Shown in pieces: positions 38,540 through 50,858 of a DNA stretch of 64,000 bases. Source of the DNA: Takakia lepidozioides (taxonomy: Eukaryota > Plantae > Bryophyta). The notes beneath the pieces were generated by a model. It did no database searches, was not told the origin of the DNA, and was given only the letters and a program-made list of their open reading frames with translations. The stretch lies in NCBI GenBank assembly GCA_030704615.1, contig CM060734.1, forward strand, positions 16,554,001 through 16,618,000, in the 5' to 3' direction. The stretch's first letter is position 1. Each line of letters starts with the position of its first letter. A program made the position numbers and the translations under genes.

Positions 38540-40130
38540 GCGAATGCGGCGCCGCATTTCCGTTAAGTACCATCACGAAGCTACACACATTCCGTACTTG
38601 TTGGAAGAAAATGCGGCAACCGCATTTCCGTTCCACCTTCACATCCTTGTTGTTGAACGGAAATACGGTGCCGCATTTTTTCCGTCCCACACAGCTCCAT
38701 GTATGAGATTCAGAAGGAAATGCGGCCGCCGCATTTCCGTTCCACTCACATACGTTAGTTGAGATGGAAATGCGTGCCACATTCCGTTCGGGAAATATCG
38801 AGGTCTCACCTGGACGGACATCCGCGGTGTTTTCGCATTTCCGGTCTGGAAAGGTTGAAGGTCTCACATGGATGGAAATGCGGGCAACACATTTCCGTAG
38901 CACAGCTCCAGGCCGAATATACAAAACGGAAATGCGGCGCCGCATTTCCGTTCGAGAATGTCGGAAGGTGCGACTCGAACGGAAATGCGGTGCCGCATTT
39001 CTGTACCCGTTGCGCACGATTTTCAGTCAGAATGGAAATGCGGTACCGCATTTCCGTTCTGTAGAGTATTAACGTCGGACGCTGGCGGAAATGCCTTCCC
39101 GCATTTTCGTTCACAGCTCCATTCCTCACATACAAAACGGAAATGCGGTGCCGCATTTCCGTTTTGGAATGTCGGATGGTGGGACTCCGACGGAAATGCG
39201 GGTTACCCGCATTTCAATTCCGAGTGTTTCAGGATATTTCATCAGAACGGAAATGCGGTGCCGCATTTCCTTTTAAATCTAATACATTCCGTTCTGGAAT
39301 GTTGGGAGGTGCGACTCGGATGCAAATGCGCTGCCGCATTTCAGTTCCGATGGTTCACGATTTTCAGTCATAACGGAAATGCGGTGCCGCATTTCCGTTC
39401 TGGAATGATGGTAGGTGCGACTCGGATGGAAATACGGTGCCGCATTTCAGTTCAGATAGTTCACGATTTTCAGTCAGAACGGAAATGCGGTGCCGCATTT
39501 CCGTTCTGGATAGTGTGAATGTCTCAACCGGTCGGATTGCGCTGTATGAAGCTGTCGGAATCTTACTCGGCTCCAGGCATCAGATACAAAATGGAAATGC
39601 GGCGCCGCATTTCCTTTATGGAATGTCGAAAAGTGCGACTTTGACGGAATGCGGTGCCGCATTTCTGTTCCCGTTGTTCATAATTCTCAATCAGAACGGA
39701 AATGCGGTACCGCATTTCCGTTCCACCTTCACATACCGTGCTTGTTGAATGACGGAAATGTGCTGCAGCATTTCTATCCCTCAGCTCCATGCATCAGATA
39801 CAAAATGGAAATGCGGCGCCGCATTCCCGTTCTGGAATGTCGAAAAGTGCGACCGGACGGAATGCGGTGCCGCATTTGTGTTCCCGTTGTTCATAAATCT
39901 CAATCAGAACGGAAATGCGGTACAGCATTTCCGTTCCACCTTCACATACCGTGCTTGCTGGATGGAAATGCGTTACCGCATTTCCGTTCTGGAGAGTATA
40001 AAGGTTTCCCCCGGACGGAAACTCGGTGCCGCATTTCCGTCGCTCTGTTGCATGACCAAGATGCAATACGGAAATGCGGCGCCGTATTTCCGTCCACAGC
40101 AATCGACAGAATCACTCGTGACGGAAATCT
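38540..40130. repeat. Array of about 28 copies of the 22-bp palindrome GGAAATGCGG(T/C)GCCGCATTTCC with ~31-bp divergent spacers (53-bp period)
   Basis: Manual count; exact 53-bp steps at 39322/39375/39428/39481 and 39911/39964/40017/40070. Confidence 0.93.
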
Positions 40131-40589
40131 GGAACCTCAATGGTTTGCATTGTTCCGAAACAACACAATTGCGGCCAGTCTTGATGAGCACAACTTGGTT
40201 GTCTGACCGTTTTAAACCAGCAGTCCTGGCACTTGTCAGTGCGAACGTTCCTGTCTGCACCGAGAATACTACTGGATCCACCCTCAGGAGAAACTGTCAG
40301 GAGATGTTATTTCGTCGCCGAATCGGCCATCATTGTCCTACTCACTGGCTATGGAATCAAACCTCCCACCTTCATGCATGTAGCTTGAAACAATACTTTC
40401 CACTTCAATGTGCGACTTCCAATCGTCGATGGACTCCGCAGATCCACTTAGATGGTGCCTGTGAGCCTTGGTCTGTCGCTATACTGAACCTCGCACTTGC
40501 CAACTCCGTGCGGTGTTCGATGGCTCCGAATTCCTACGCTATAGTTTGTTGTCCTCCGCAACTTGGGAGAGCCTGGATCCCAAACGAGG

Positions 40590-41200
40590 GAGGACTTTTG
40601 CAGAGTGACTGAAACTTACCTTTGTTCCAAATTCAAGCTCAAACCGGGCACAGTTTATTTGGAAGAAGAAAGGAAGGATGTTCCTGGACAGGTTTGACGA
40701 GACCATTGTCGTGCTAGGTAACGACGGAGGTTGCGAATCGAATGGCACGTTCCCCCGTCAGACACCATCCTTTACCGAGCTGTGGGAATGCCCATTCCCT
40801 TTCCGAATCAGTCGCTGCCCACACCATCCACAAAGGAGTCCGGAAACCGAGAGGCGGCCACTGCCAACAGAGAGGTTTGCAACGATAATCATTCCCGACC
40901 TGGACCGTCAAGACCCTCCATAGCTTCTCGTGTGGACGTATTCAACATTTCCGACGAGGAAGATGATTGCATTGAGGTACCCATGTCCTCCACACGGTCG
41001 TTCAAATCCGGCATGGACGTCTCTGTAGGTGCTACGCATGTGCCCTCGAGCATAACTCCAACCCGGTCCATTGTGCAGCTCCTACGACAACATCACCTCG
41101 ATGGTTCTCGCTCCGAGCTGGCTGCTCTCGACTATGCCAAATTCCCAGTCAGAAAGGTAACTTTTCTGCCTCCCGAAGTCGATGGCAATGTCATCTTCAA
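40590..41200 (+). pseudogene. 5' fragment of the MULE-2 transposase
   Basis: EWHVPPSDTILYRAVG..FNISDEEDDCIEVP..RSIVQLLR..RSELAALDYAKF..FLPPEVDGNVIF aligns with MULE-1 transposase 22270-22725. Truncated before the GCM-like domain. Confidence 0.85.
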
Positions 41201-41239
41201 TGTCATCAATGTCATCAATGTCATCTTTGGGAATCGCAG

Positions 41240-43822
41240 GTAATGTCGAATACGAAGGAGCAAGTCATAATGCACACAAATTCGTTCGGCTTGTACGTCA
41301 AATGGGATGGAACACAGACATTGGAAGACTACGTGACACGTTTCAGATGTGCGTACAAGGACAACCTCTTCGCCAGAGAGCTACAGACAGCAAGAAGGAG
41401 CGTGGAGTTTACACATCAGGAGAGAGCGGGAAAAGCTGCAATGCGAATTGTTTACAGGTGAAGCACAGCTGCCCTTGTATGCGAAGCCTGGTTACGAGGT
41501 TTGTCTCGGAAATGCGGCACCGCATTCGCATTTTATTTTTTCGTTGGCACTCTGCGAGTAGGTTCGTCCAATCTTATGCTCACGCATGTTGACTGCCTTG
41601 CAGGTATATGAAATACGTGCTCCTTCAGACAGGGGCCCTGGCTCAAGAGCCCCCGTTCTTCATGGCTTGGACCGTGGCGGGCCCAAGCTGTGTCTACACA
41701 CCCGAGATGCAGAAACAATGGCATGCCGCGCTCTTGTTGGATGCCCCTGGTACCTGGATATGTCTGGCGGTATTGTTGACGAGTCTGAGAAAGATCTGCA
41801 CGCCTTGGCAGAAGAGAAGAGAAAGGAAAGACGTGTACCTGCTGGGCTAAAGTCGGAAAAGGAATCTGCTGCTCTGGAAGAATCCAGAAAGGCAGCTGAG
41901 ATGGCACAAAAGACGGTGGATGCAGCTGTGCAGGCCCAACAGAAGGGGTCGAAGAAGAGGACTCGCCAGCAAGGAGCAGCTGTTGTGACACCCGCCAAAA
42001 CAAAGAAGCAGAAACAGCCTGTTCAGGAAGAGGGTGACGAAGAGGACTCCGATGGAGACTTTGCAACCAGCCCACCCCCCCAAACGCAGGCTGCCTCCCC
42101 TGTGCCCACCGTTGTCATGAGAGGCACGAGAACTGGCTCGGCAAAGAAGGCACTCTTCAACCCCCCAGGGGGGCACCCTTTCGAGCCGGTGGAAATGAAG
42201 AGGCCGAAAGTGGCTCCCGAAACAGTAGTCCAGTGTATAAATGAGAGTTTCTTGGCGGCTTTGGATGGACGGGCAGCCAAGTTGGCATACATGAAGACCA
42301 TGGAGGGTCTGAAGGGCAGAGCACTGAAGAAGGCGACTGCCGAAGAGCCTTCTGACACCCCAGGATTTCAGAATATGGTCTCGGAACAGGTACTCGGAGG
42401 ACTTTTGGAAGAAAGGATTCGGGCTTGCCCGCATGGTGTTGGACGACAGAGGCTGTGTGGTTGTCCTGGCGAGCAGAGGAAAAAACACTCAGACAGGAAT
42501 TGCGAAGTGGACCCGCAAGAGCGCCGTCCCGATTCTGAAAAAGAAGTGGACGTGCATCAACACACTGGGCCTTCGGTCGGAAGGGAAGAAGGTAATTACG
42601 ACACTGGCACTCGTCCATTCATTTGCTTGGGTGTTTTCAAATGCGGTGTCGCATTCGGTTTCTAATCATTCCCCCCTGTGTATGCAGACGAAGCAGTTCG
42701 ATGCATACTGCTTTGTGAAGGAGAACTCCACCTTTGCTTTCCGGAAGGAGGGAGGAAAGGTTGACCCGAACTGCGACCCTCGATTACGACGTTCTGTTCA
42801 ACAACGTTCCCAAAGAACTTCTCCCTCATAGCCTCACTTCAACGGAACCCCTGCGGTACTCACGGACTCGAAGCCCTGCCTTCATTCAGACAATTATGGA
42901 GACATGCACAGACGTGGAGGGCACAGTGCTGGACCTCATCTGTGGGACAGGTATGCAGAATCTTGTTCTATGTTGTTCTGCAAATTCTCGTTAGGATGTA
43001 GTTCGCAACATCTGAAGCGCCATGTTGTAATGTGTGGATGGCATTGTAACAGGTGCCTCAATGTGGGCTGGGCGGTTTTCCGACCGGCACCTCTTTGCCT
43101 ACGAGGAGGACTCATCCGTGTGGGGATCCCATCTGGAAGGGCTGCAACGGAATGTTAAGGCTCCCAAAAGAGCGGAAGTCTCCTCGGATTCGTCGGAGTC
43201 CGAGGAAGACACAGTGGACATTGATGCGGAGGAGAACCCGGAATACGAGTGAGTGCAAACATTGTAAGTTTGCAAAGCCTTCTGGGTCATTTTTGTCAAA
43301 CGAATTTCCGGACTGTGGTTCTCATTAGTCTCGTTGATGATTGTCATGTGCAGGATTGCAGGGTCCGGGTCGAAACATGTAGGGCCTACACTTCCTGCCA
43401 GGAAGAATGTCTCGTTCTTTGCGAGGGCCGACTTCATGACGAGCCCGGTGAGGGACTACTCCCTTCCTAGTTATGCAGCTAAACTCGCAAATACAGCGAT
43501 TAGAAGAAGTGAGAATCCCAGTAAAGTAGAGCAGATTTTGGAGAGGGCTAGGGAGGACACAAGGATAAGGAAAGAGTTGGCAGCAGCTCAGACAGGTAGA
43601 CGGGTACGAAAGTACATATGTGATTCAGCGGATGAGAGCGACGCAGACAGGGAGGAAGACGACCCAACGGAGGTGAGATGGACAGTTCCGCAAGGGGAAG
43701 ATGGGATTTTCGAAAGCCTGGCCAACGAGCAGTCCGCTGGAGATGAGAAAGGCAATGAGGGAATGGAGGCGGAGCAGGACAGTCTAGAACAGGATGAGGA
43801 TTCGGATGATTTTCAAGATTAA
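41240..43822 (+). pseudogene. 3' exons of the ParB-MTase gene (second copy; motif-IV segment deleted)
   Basis: Introns 41458-41603, ~42592-42688, from 42951, and 43249-43353. VLDLICGTG lies at ~42926-42951. About 130 bp containing DMIILDIPDG is missing at ~42383. Confidence 0.72.
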
Positions 43823-44632
43823 TAGAATTTTAATGAAGTCTCTGTAAATGTAAATTCTCTTCCAGAGTATATAAAGGAAATTCTCCCCGACATTCGTGAC
43901 CCCTCTCCAGTGTGCATTCCAGCCACACAATCGCCCAAACCACGACGCTCCCAAAATCAGAAATGGGGCACCGCATTTCCATGTACGACCAAAATTTTGG
44001 CAACTCTAAAAACCTCTTTTGGAAATGCGGCACCGCATTTCCAAAACAGGGGAGGGACTAAATTTTCCATTTCATTGTTGGCATAGTAAAAAGTAATCGG
44101 CCGATTGGAAATGCGGTGCCGCATTTCCAAAATTTCCTTTGTCCACACGCCAGTTTTGGCCTCTCCCCCGCTCATTTCATGGATGCCACCACGCTTACAG
44201 AGGTCGAACAAGGAGGTCGAACAAGGAGGTCGAAATGGCGGAATTGGAAATGCGGTGCCGCATTTCTATATTGAGGATGGTCGTTGTTCGAACTGTAGGC
44301 CCATCAGCAAAAATTGGCACCGCATTCCATTGTCAAAAAAAAGTCGATGACGGACATGGAAATGCGGCGCCGCATTTCCAGAACGGACATCGCAATTTGT
44401 CCATTTGCAGACCCTCTCACGGAAATGCGGCAACGCATTCCATCGCGCTGGTCGGAAATGTCACACTTTTCGAAGTGTTGGACGGAAATACGGCACCGCA
44501 TTCCCTTGTCCAAAAAGAAGTTTCCATTGCCAAGTTGGAAATGCGTCGCCGCATTTGCAATGCCAACCTCGTTGTCTGTCCAATTTATAGACCCGTGTTG
44601 GTATTTCTTGTACATGGACGGAAATGATGCAC

Positions 44633-45358
44633 TGTCGCGCACCTCACTTCGGTAAACTCCCCTTCAAGTCATAGTTACTCGCTTTGATGCGCGCGCCTGA
44701 CTCCCAACCTGGCCGCCAGGCCAACTTGGAGCTTCGGCTGCTCACCGGGACATAACGGTCCCCTTTCGCTTCCCTCTAAAACCCTCCACCTAATTGGGAC
44801 TAGGAGAATTCCCTTTGGTAGATGGCAGTCCGGAACAGCTCCCCACTCTTTGGTCGCTTTCCGGCTCGCTCGCTTACTCACTAGTTTTTGGTCACCAACG
44901 GGCTTGCACCGTTCTCGGGGTTACTACTCCCTATATATACTTCTGTAGCTGTCCGCGGGGGTTCCACAACCAGCCATGCCATTTTATGGCGAACCACCAC
45001 GAAAACCCTCGACTCCCGGTGATGAGTCGCGGTGAGTCTTGGCCCGCTCACCACGGCCCCTATGGACCGTGATGAGTCCCAAAACTCCCACGACTCCCAC
45101 CACGAGGTCTCCGCCCCCATGGTGAGTCCTATGCCACCCCCACTAAGTCCCGCTAAGCTACCACCACCCCTTGTGGAGCCACCCCCACCGCAACCCGGTG
45201 TGCGGGGCTTCCACCTAGTGAGCGCCTCCGCTTCCCTGAGTGCCTTGGGCACTCAAGGGTGCTTCAGCCCCCCATACCTATCGCTGCCGCTGCCCCCACC
45301 ACAGGGGCAGCCCCTCATGTGTCCCGACCCCCTGCCCTCAAGGAAAAGGGCCGCGACA
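44633..45358 (-). repeat. 3' LTR of chromovirus copy 2
   Basis: 726 bp; about 5 substitutions versus 50859-51584 by eye. Confidence 0.93.
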
Positions 45359-46264
45359 CACACCCCTACCAACAGGGAGTCGATGTCCTCATCGACTTGT
45401 CCATTTTGTAGAAACGAACATCCAAGTTGTGGCGTCCCACATCAAGGAGTTTGTTTCCGCACCATGGTATCCCATGGCAAAGAACCAAACCCCACACTTG
45501 ACTCTACTCTCCACTAGCTAGTTCGGCCGACTTCCTCCAAGTCCCGGCCAAGGGTGGAGCCTCTCCAGCTCCTCCCAGTGCACTCTTCTTGGCCTACTTC
45601 AAGGCCAAGGAACGATCCTCCCCGAGGATCGAATCGCCTTACTGCAACAACATTGCTTGCGATCGCTCATGATGCCGCTTTTGGCATCACCTTGAGCAAG
45701 GGTTCACCTGGAACCCTCTTTGACTAGGAAGATAACCTTGAACCAACCGTGCGCCCCAATCACTACAATTGGGTCCGCCTTGGAATGCTGGCCTGAGGTA
45801 CGGGAACACACCGAAGCCGCACTACGACTTCGTCCCGAGGCTACACGATTATAGTACGTGAACGGAAGCACGTAGCTTCCGCGTTAGCCCGCACTACAAG
45901 GCAACCCCCTCGGTAGCGCAGTTATAGTACGCGCACGCGCCAGGTGCGCACTAGCACGTGAACTCCCAAAGAAGTCGCAAGTTTCCTTGCCCCTTGGATG
46001 GGAGTCACCCGATTTCGGCACTACGCAAACACACGATTAACCCAATTTACCTCTCCCACTTTTGTAAGCTAGCATGCATTCTACACACTAGCCAACCACA
46101 CCATGCATCACCATTCCAAACACAATAGGACGCACAATATTTGGAACCCATTTCCTTTATAACAAATTTTTGTACAATACAAGTTTTTGCAAAAGGATTC
46201 CTGAGCTAGCTAAACCGGGCTAAGCATGCATTTCCTCCCCCACGCTCCAAGGTTGATGTCCCCA

Positions 46265-49200
46265 TCAACGCTTCTTCCGCTTTTGAGGTCGCCCTTCGAA
46301 AGCTGCAACCGCCTCGGATGCGTTTCCCATTTCTGAGGCACGCACCCAAGATGCCTCCACATGATGATAGCCCTTCCATTTGACGAGATACTCTGTTTCT
46401 TGGTTCCTGAACCTCCTCGACTTAAGTATTGCCTCCACCTCGTACTCAGGTTCATTTTCATGATCCAACAGCATAGGTGGCGGACGCAACACTTGATGCC
46501 GATTCGGACGCGCTTCATCTTTGAAGTAAGGCTTCAAAAGGGAGACATGGAATACTGGGTGCACCTTGCTGTTTGCCGGCAACTCCAATTCATACACATC
46601 CTCATTCATAACCTTCCAAATGCGAAAGGGTCCCGCATACGGAGGCACGAACTTCGGACTCACTTCCGGAGGTAGTCGGAAATTCTTGATGTTCAACCAG
46701 ACCTCTGTGCCTGCCTCAAACTTCACTTCCCTCCGCTTCCGATTTGCCTGCCTTTCATACCGTTTCCTAGCTTTGGCAATATTGTATTTTGCGAGCTTCA
46801 ACAAACGCTCGCGTTCTTCCAGTACCGTCGCTACTGCCGGTTCCTCAACGTCCTGGGCGGCCCAACTTGTTGGCACCAGAGGTGCTTTTCCATAGACCAA
46901 CACAAAAGGGGAAACTCCCGTTGCGGAGTGTTCTGTGTTATTATAACAGAACTCTGCCGCGTCTAAGTGTTCCATCCAGTCTGATTGGTCTGCCGACACG
47001 TAATTCCGCAAGAATTGCTTCACTACGGAATTCACTCTTTCCGTTTGGCCGTCCGTCGTAGGTCGGAAGGCGGTGCTCATCTTCAGCCTCGTCCCCATCT
47101 TCTCCAAAGTGCTCTCCAGAATTTACTCGTAAACTTTGGATCGCGGTCCGAGACAATATCCTTCGGGACTCCATGATGCTTTAAGATGTGGGCGAAGTAA
47201 AGTCGCCCTGTCTCCTGCGCCGTTGCCGTCTCCTTGGTGGGGATGAAATGGCCCACCACCATGATTGCATCGAATCCTTTTGACAGAGGCATAGCAGTCA
47301 TAAAATCCATCGAGACGCTTTCCCAAGTCCCCTCTGGAATCGGCAAGGGTTGTAACAGCCCCGCTTGCTTTTTGTACTCGCTCCGGTTTTGTTGGCATGT
47401 GGTGCATGTCTTGACATACTCCTCTGCCTCCTCCCTCAGTTTGGGCCAGAAATACTCTTTCTTCAAGAGTGCCGCAGTGCGCTTGACTCCACCGTGGCCC
47501 GCAAGCGGGCTATCATGGCATTCTCTCAAGAGACTATCCCTGATCCCTCCCTTCGGCACGTAGAGACACTTTTGCTTATACCGGAGCAGTCCATTTTGCA
47601 AGTGGAACTGCGATTTAACCCCCATCCTCAAGTCCTGCATCACGGACTTCGCCAGCTCATCCTTCCGGCAAGCCTTCCGGATCTTCCTTTGGAGTGCCGT
47701 CTCGCCCTTGTACACCAACAAGAGCTGTTGCTTTCTACTTAAAGCATCGGCCACCACATTGTCCCGTCCCGGTTTGTACTGGATATCCACGTCGAACACT
47801 GCCAAAGTATCTTGCCACCTAAGTTGTTTTGGGGACAACTTGGGCTGCGTGGCAAAATACTTCACCGTGACATTGTCCGTGAACACCTTCACTGGGTTGG
47901 AACCAACATAGTGGCGCCAGAGCTCAAGGCAATGCACCACCGCCTTCATCTCTTTTTCGTGCGTCGGCCACCGTCGCTCCACTTCATTCAGTTTCTTACT
48001 TTCGTAAGCCACTGGACGTCCATCTTGCATAAGTACACCCCCAATCGCGAAGTCCGATGCATCTGTATGAATCTCAAACGGACGATCGAACTCCGGGATT
48101 TTCAAGACTGGAGCTTCCGTCATCCGCTGCTTCAATTCAGCAAAAGCTTGGCCACAAAATGTGTTCCATACCCAGACTTTGGATTTACACAGAAGGTCCG
48201 ACAGCGGCCCCGGGATCTTGGCGAAATTTCTCACATACTTCCGGTAATAGGAGGCGAGTCCTAGGAAGGATCGCACTCCTGGGACCGAAGTCGGAGGCTC
48301 CCAGTCCAAGATCGCCCTCACCTTTCTGTCATCCATTTTGACCCCATCCTGTGTAATCACATGCCCCAAGAACTCCACTTTTGTGACCCTGAATTTGCAC
48401 TTTGAAGCTTTGGCATACAGCTTCCCTTCTCGCAATTTTTGGAACACCCTTTTGAGGTGCTCCAGGTGCTCCTCCTTTGTTTTCGAGTACACCAAGATGT
48501 CGTCGATGTACACGATCACAAAGTCATCCAACCACTCCTGGAAAAGGCTGTTCATCAGCGTGCTAAATGTCGCTGGTGCATTGGTGAGCCCAAAAGACAT
48601 CACCAAGAACTCATATGAACCATACCTTGTCCTGCACGCGGTCTTCTCCTCATCTCCTTCCGCCACCCGAATTTGGTGGTAGCCGGAGCGCAAGTCGATC
48701 CGGCTGAAATACTTTGCTCCTGCCAACCGATCGAAGAGGTCGTCGATCCTTGGCAAAGGGTACCGGTTTTTGATAGTCACCTTATCAGAGCCCTGTAATC
48801 GACACACATCCGCAGCGTCCCATCCTTCTTGTCTGCAAATAGCACCGGGGCTCCGTAAGGTGACTTACTCGGCCGGATGTACCCCTTTGACATTAGATCC
48901 TTGAGCTAAGTCTTCAGCTCGACCAACTCTCTGTGGCTCAACCGGTAGGGCGCCTTGGCAGGCGGTTCCGATCCCGGTATCACCTCAATCTTGTGGTCAA
49001 CTCCTCTTCGCGGTGGCAAGCCGCTTGGTAATTCCTCCGGCATCACATCCTGGTATTTCTCCAAAATCCCCTTGATCCAATCTGGGCTCGGCTCCCCATC
49101 GCCTTCTCCCTTCACTTCTCTAATGTAAAGCAAGAACTGGGGTTCGTGTGCCTCCTCCACGGCCCACTCCCTTGCTGACAAAAGGTTTATTCGCCCTCCC

Positions 49201-50803
49201 ACGGATTTGGGCGTTTCCGACACTCGTAAGACCTCGCCACCATTCCCACATGGCAGCGTGACTACTCTCTTGCGGCCATCTATGACCGCTCCGGATTTGC
49301 TCAAAAAGGTCATCCCTAAAATGAGATCTACTCCATCGATCTCGCAGATGGTGAAGTTCTCACGTCCCTCCCAACTCCCCAGTTGAAGAGGAACATCTAT
49401 CGCCAACCTTGTCGCCAACTGTGGTTCTCCTTTGGCAGAACGCACCTCAATAGAGGCCCCCACGTCACTTGTCGGGAGTCCCAGCTTTTGTGCCGTTGCC
49501 GGTGTCATGAAGGAGTGCGACGCTCCTGTGTCCACCAACAACGACACATTAGTTCCGGATATTATCCCATCCACGAACAATAACTGACTCCCTTTTCGTA
49601 AGGCGCCAGTTTCCTGATACAACTCACAAGAAAATTTGCTTACCTTGCAAGTCCTGGCGACCACCGCTTCCACCAAGCGACTGATGGTATCTTCCGACAG
49701 CTCCGTGGTCGCCCGAGTCATGTTCAATTGTCGGGGCTTCGTGCACTTCTTGGCCATGTGCCCGGGCTCCCCGCAATTGAAACACACTCCATCAAAGGTC
49801 GCCTTCTGTCCGCCATAAGCCGCTCCACCCGCTTTTCCTTTCGGAGCACCGGGTGCCGCCTTGACGTGTGAAGGCCCTCCCTTCGATTTCCACGTGCCAT
49901 TATCGCCGCGTGGCCTATCCCACTTCTTTTCCGGTCGGAAGGAGTCACCTTCCCGCCGAATCTTCTTGTGGTTCAGCTCCGTACGGCCTTGTCTTTCACC
50001 CCTAGGGACATCCGAGAAACATTCAGCCCTCTCAATTGCCTCGTTCAAAGTTTTGGGTGGCTTCTCCTCCAACTTCCGCCTGGCCCATGGGGCCAGTCCC
50101 GCCACAAAGTTGAAGACCATTTCTGGTTCTGCCATGTCCGCGACTTCGAGCAACAGCACATTGAAAGCCTGGACGTACCCCCAAATGTCATCTGTTTGCT
50201 TCAAATTCCTCATCTTGTCCCGGGCAAGTCAGGACGCGTTGAGGGGCACAAACTGTCTCTTCAACAATTCCTTGAACCCACTCCAGTTCAAGGTTTCCGA
50301 CTTGGACCTCGGTCGTGAAGGCGTTTCTGCCACCATTGTTGAGCATAGCCCCTCAAATAGGTGGGAGCCACTTCCACGCGATCCTCGTCACTCAACTTGG
50401 CCGCCCGGAAGTACTGCTCCAGCTCCAAGAGCCAGGTGTTGAGTGCCTTCCGATTTCGGACGCCCTCGAAGGTGCCGGGTTCCTTAGGCTTCACCTTAAA
50501 CTTTGCCTTAGTGGAAGTGGCATTAGCCGCCTTCAACACGTCTTTCAACGTCCCGCCAAACTGCGCCAACAACCCTTCCCAAAAGGCTGCCGGCATGGGA
50601 GGCATCTCTTGGTTTGTCGGAGCTCTCAAGGATTCCTCGGGCTCCGACTCCTCGGATTCCTCCCGCTCTTGGGCGGCCTCGTTTTCGGAAACATGCATCG
50701 CTTCCTCAAACAGCCGCCTCGGTGACACGCCGCCCCCATCGGGCTCACCAGGATCATCATCTTTTGGGCCGTTCCGCTTTCGCTTCGGCTTGCCCGACCC
50801 CAT
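46265..50803 (-). pseudogene. gag-pol with chromodomain, copy 2 (frameshifts, one TAG, small integrase deletion)
   Basis: Near-identical to 1814-6373. TAG at 48906-48908; the DRFSKM segment is deleted at ~47255. Confidence 0.93.
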
Positions 50804-50858
50804 GATGAGGCCAATCCCAAGGACAATCGTGTACTGAACTCTAAGCTCTGATACCAAG

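Larger units (their letters stand above)
30670..41229 (+). mobile_element. MULE-2, left copy: TIR, unknown ORF, ParB-MTase gene, palindrome array, 5' part of transposase
   Basis: TIR GGGGGCTGCTATTTCATGAGC identical to the MULE-1 left end, transposase N-terminus homologous to MULE-1, and a shared last exon. Continuity across the N gap is inferred. Confidence 0.75.

Noticed and set aside
38540-40130. True CRISPR array
   Set aside because: Eukaryotic TE context, no cas genes, degenerate repeats, and spacers that recur as higher-order duplications. Kept as a binding-site array instead.
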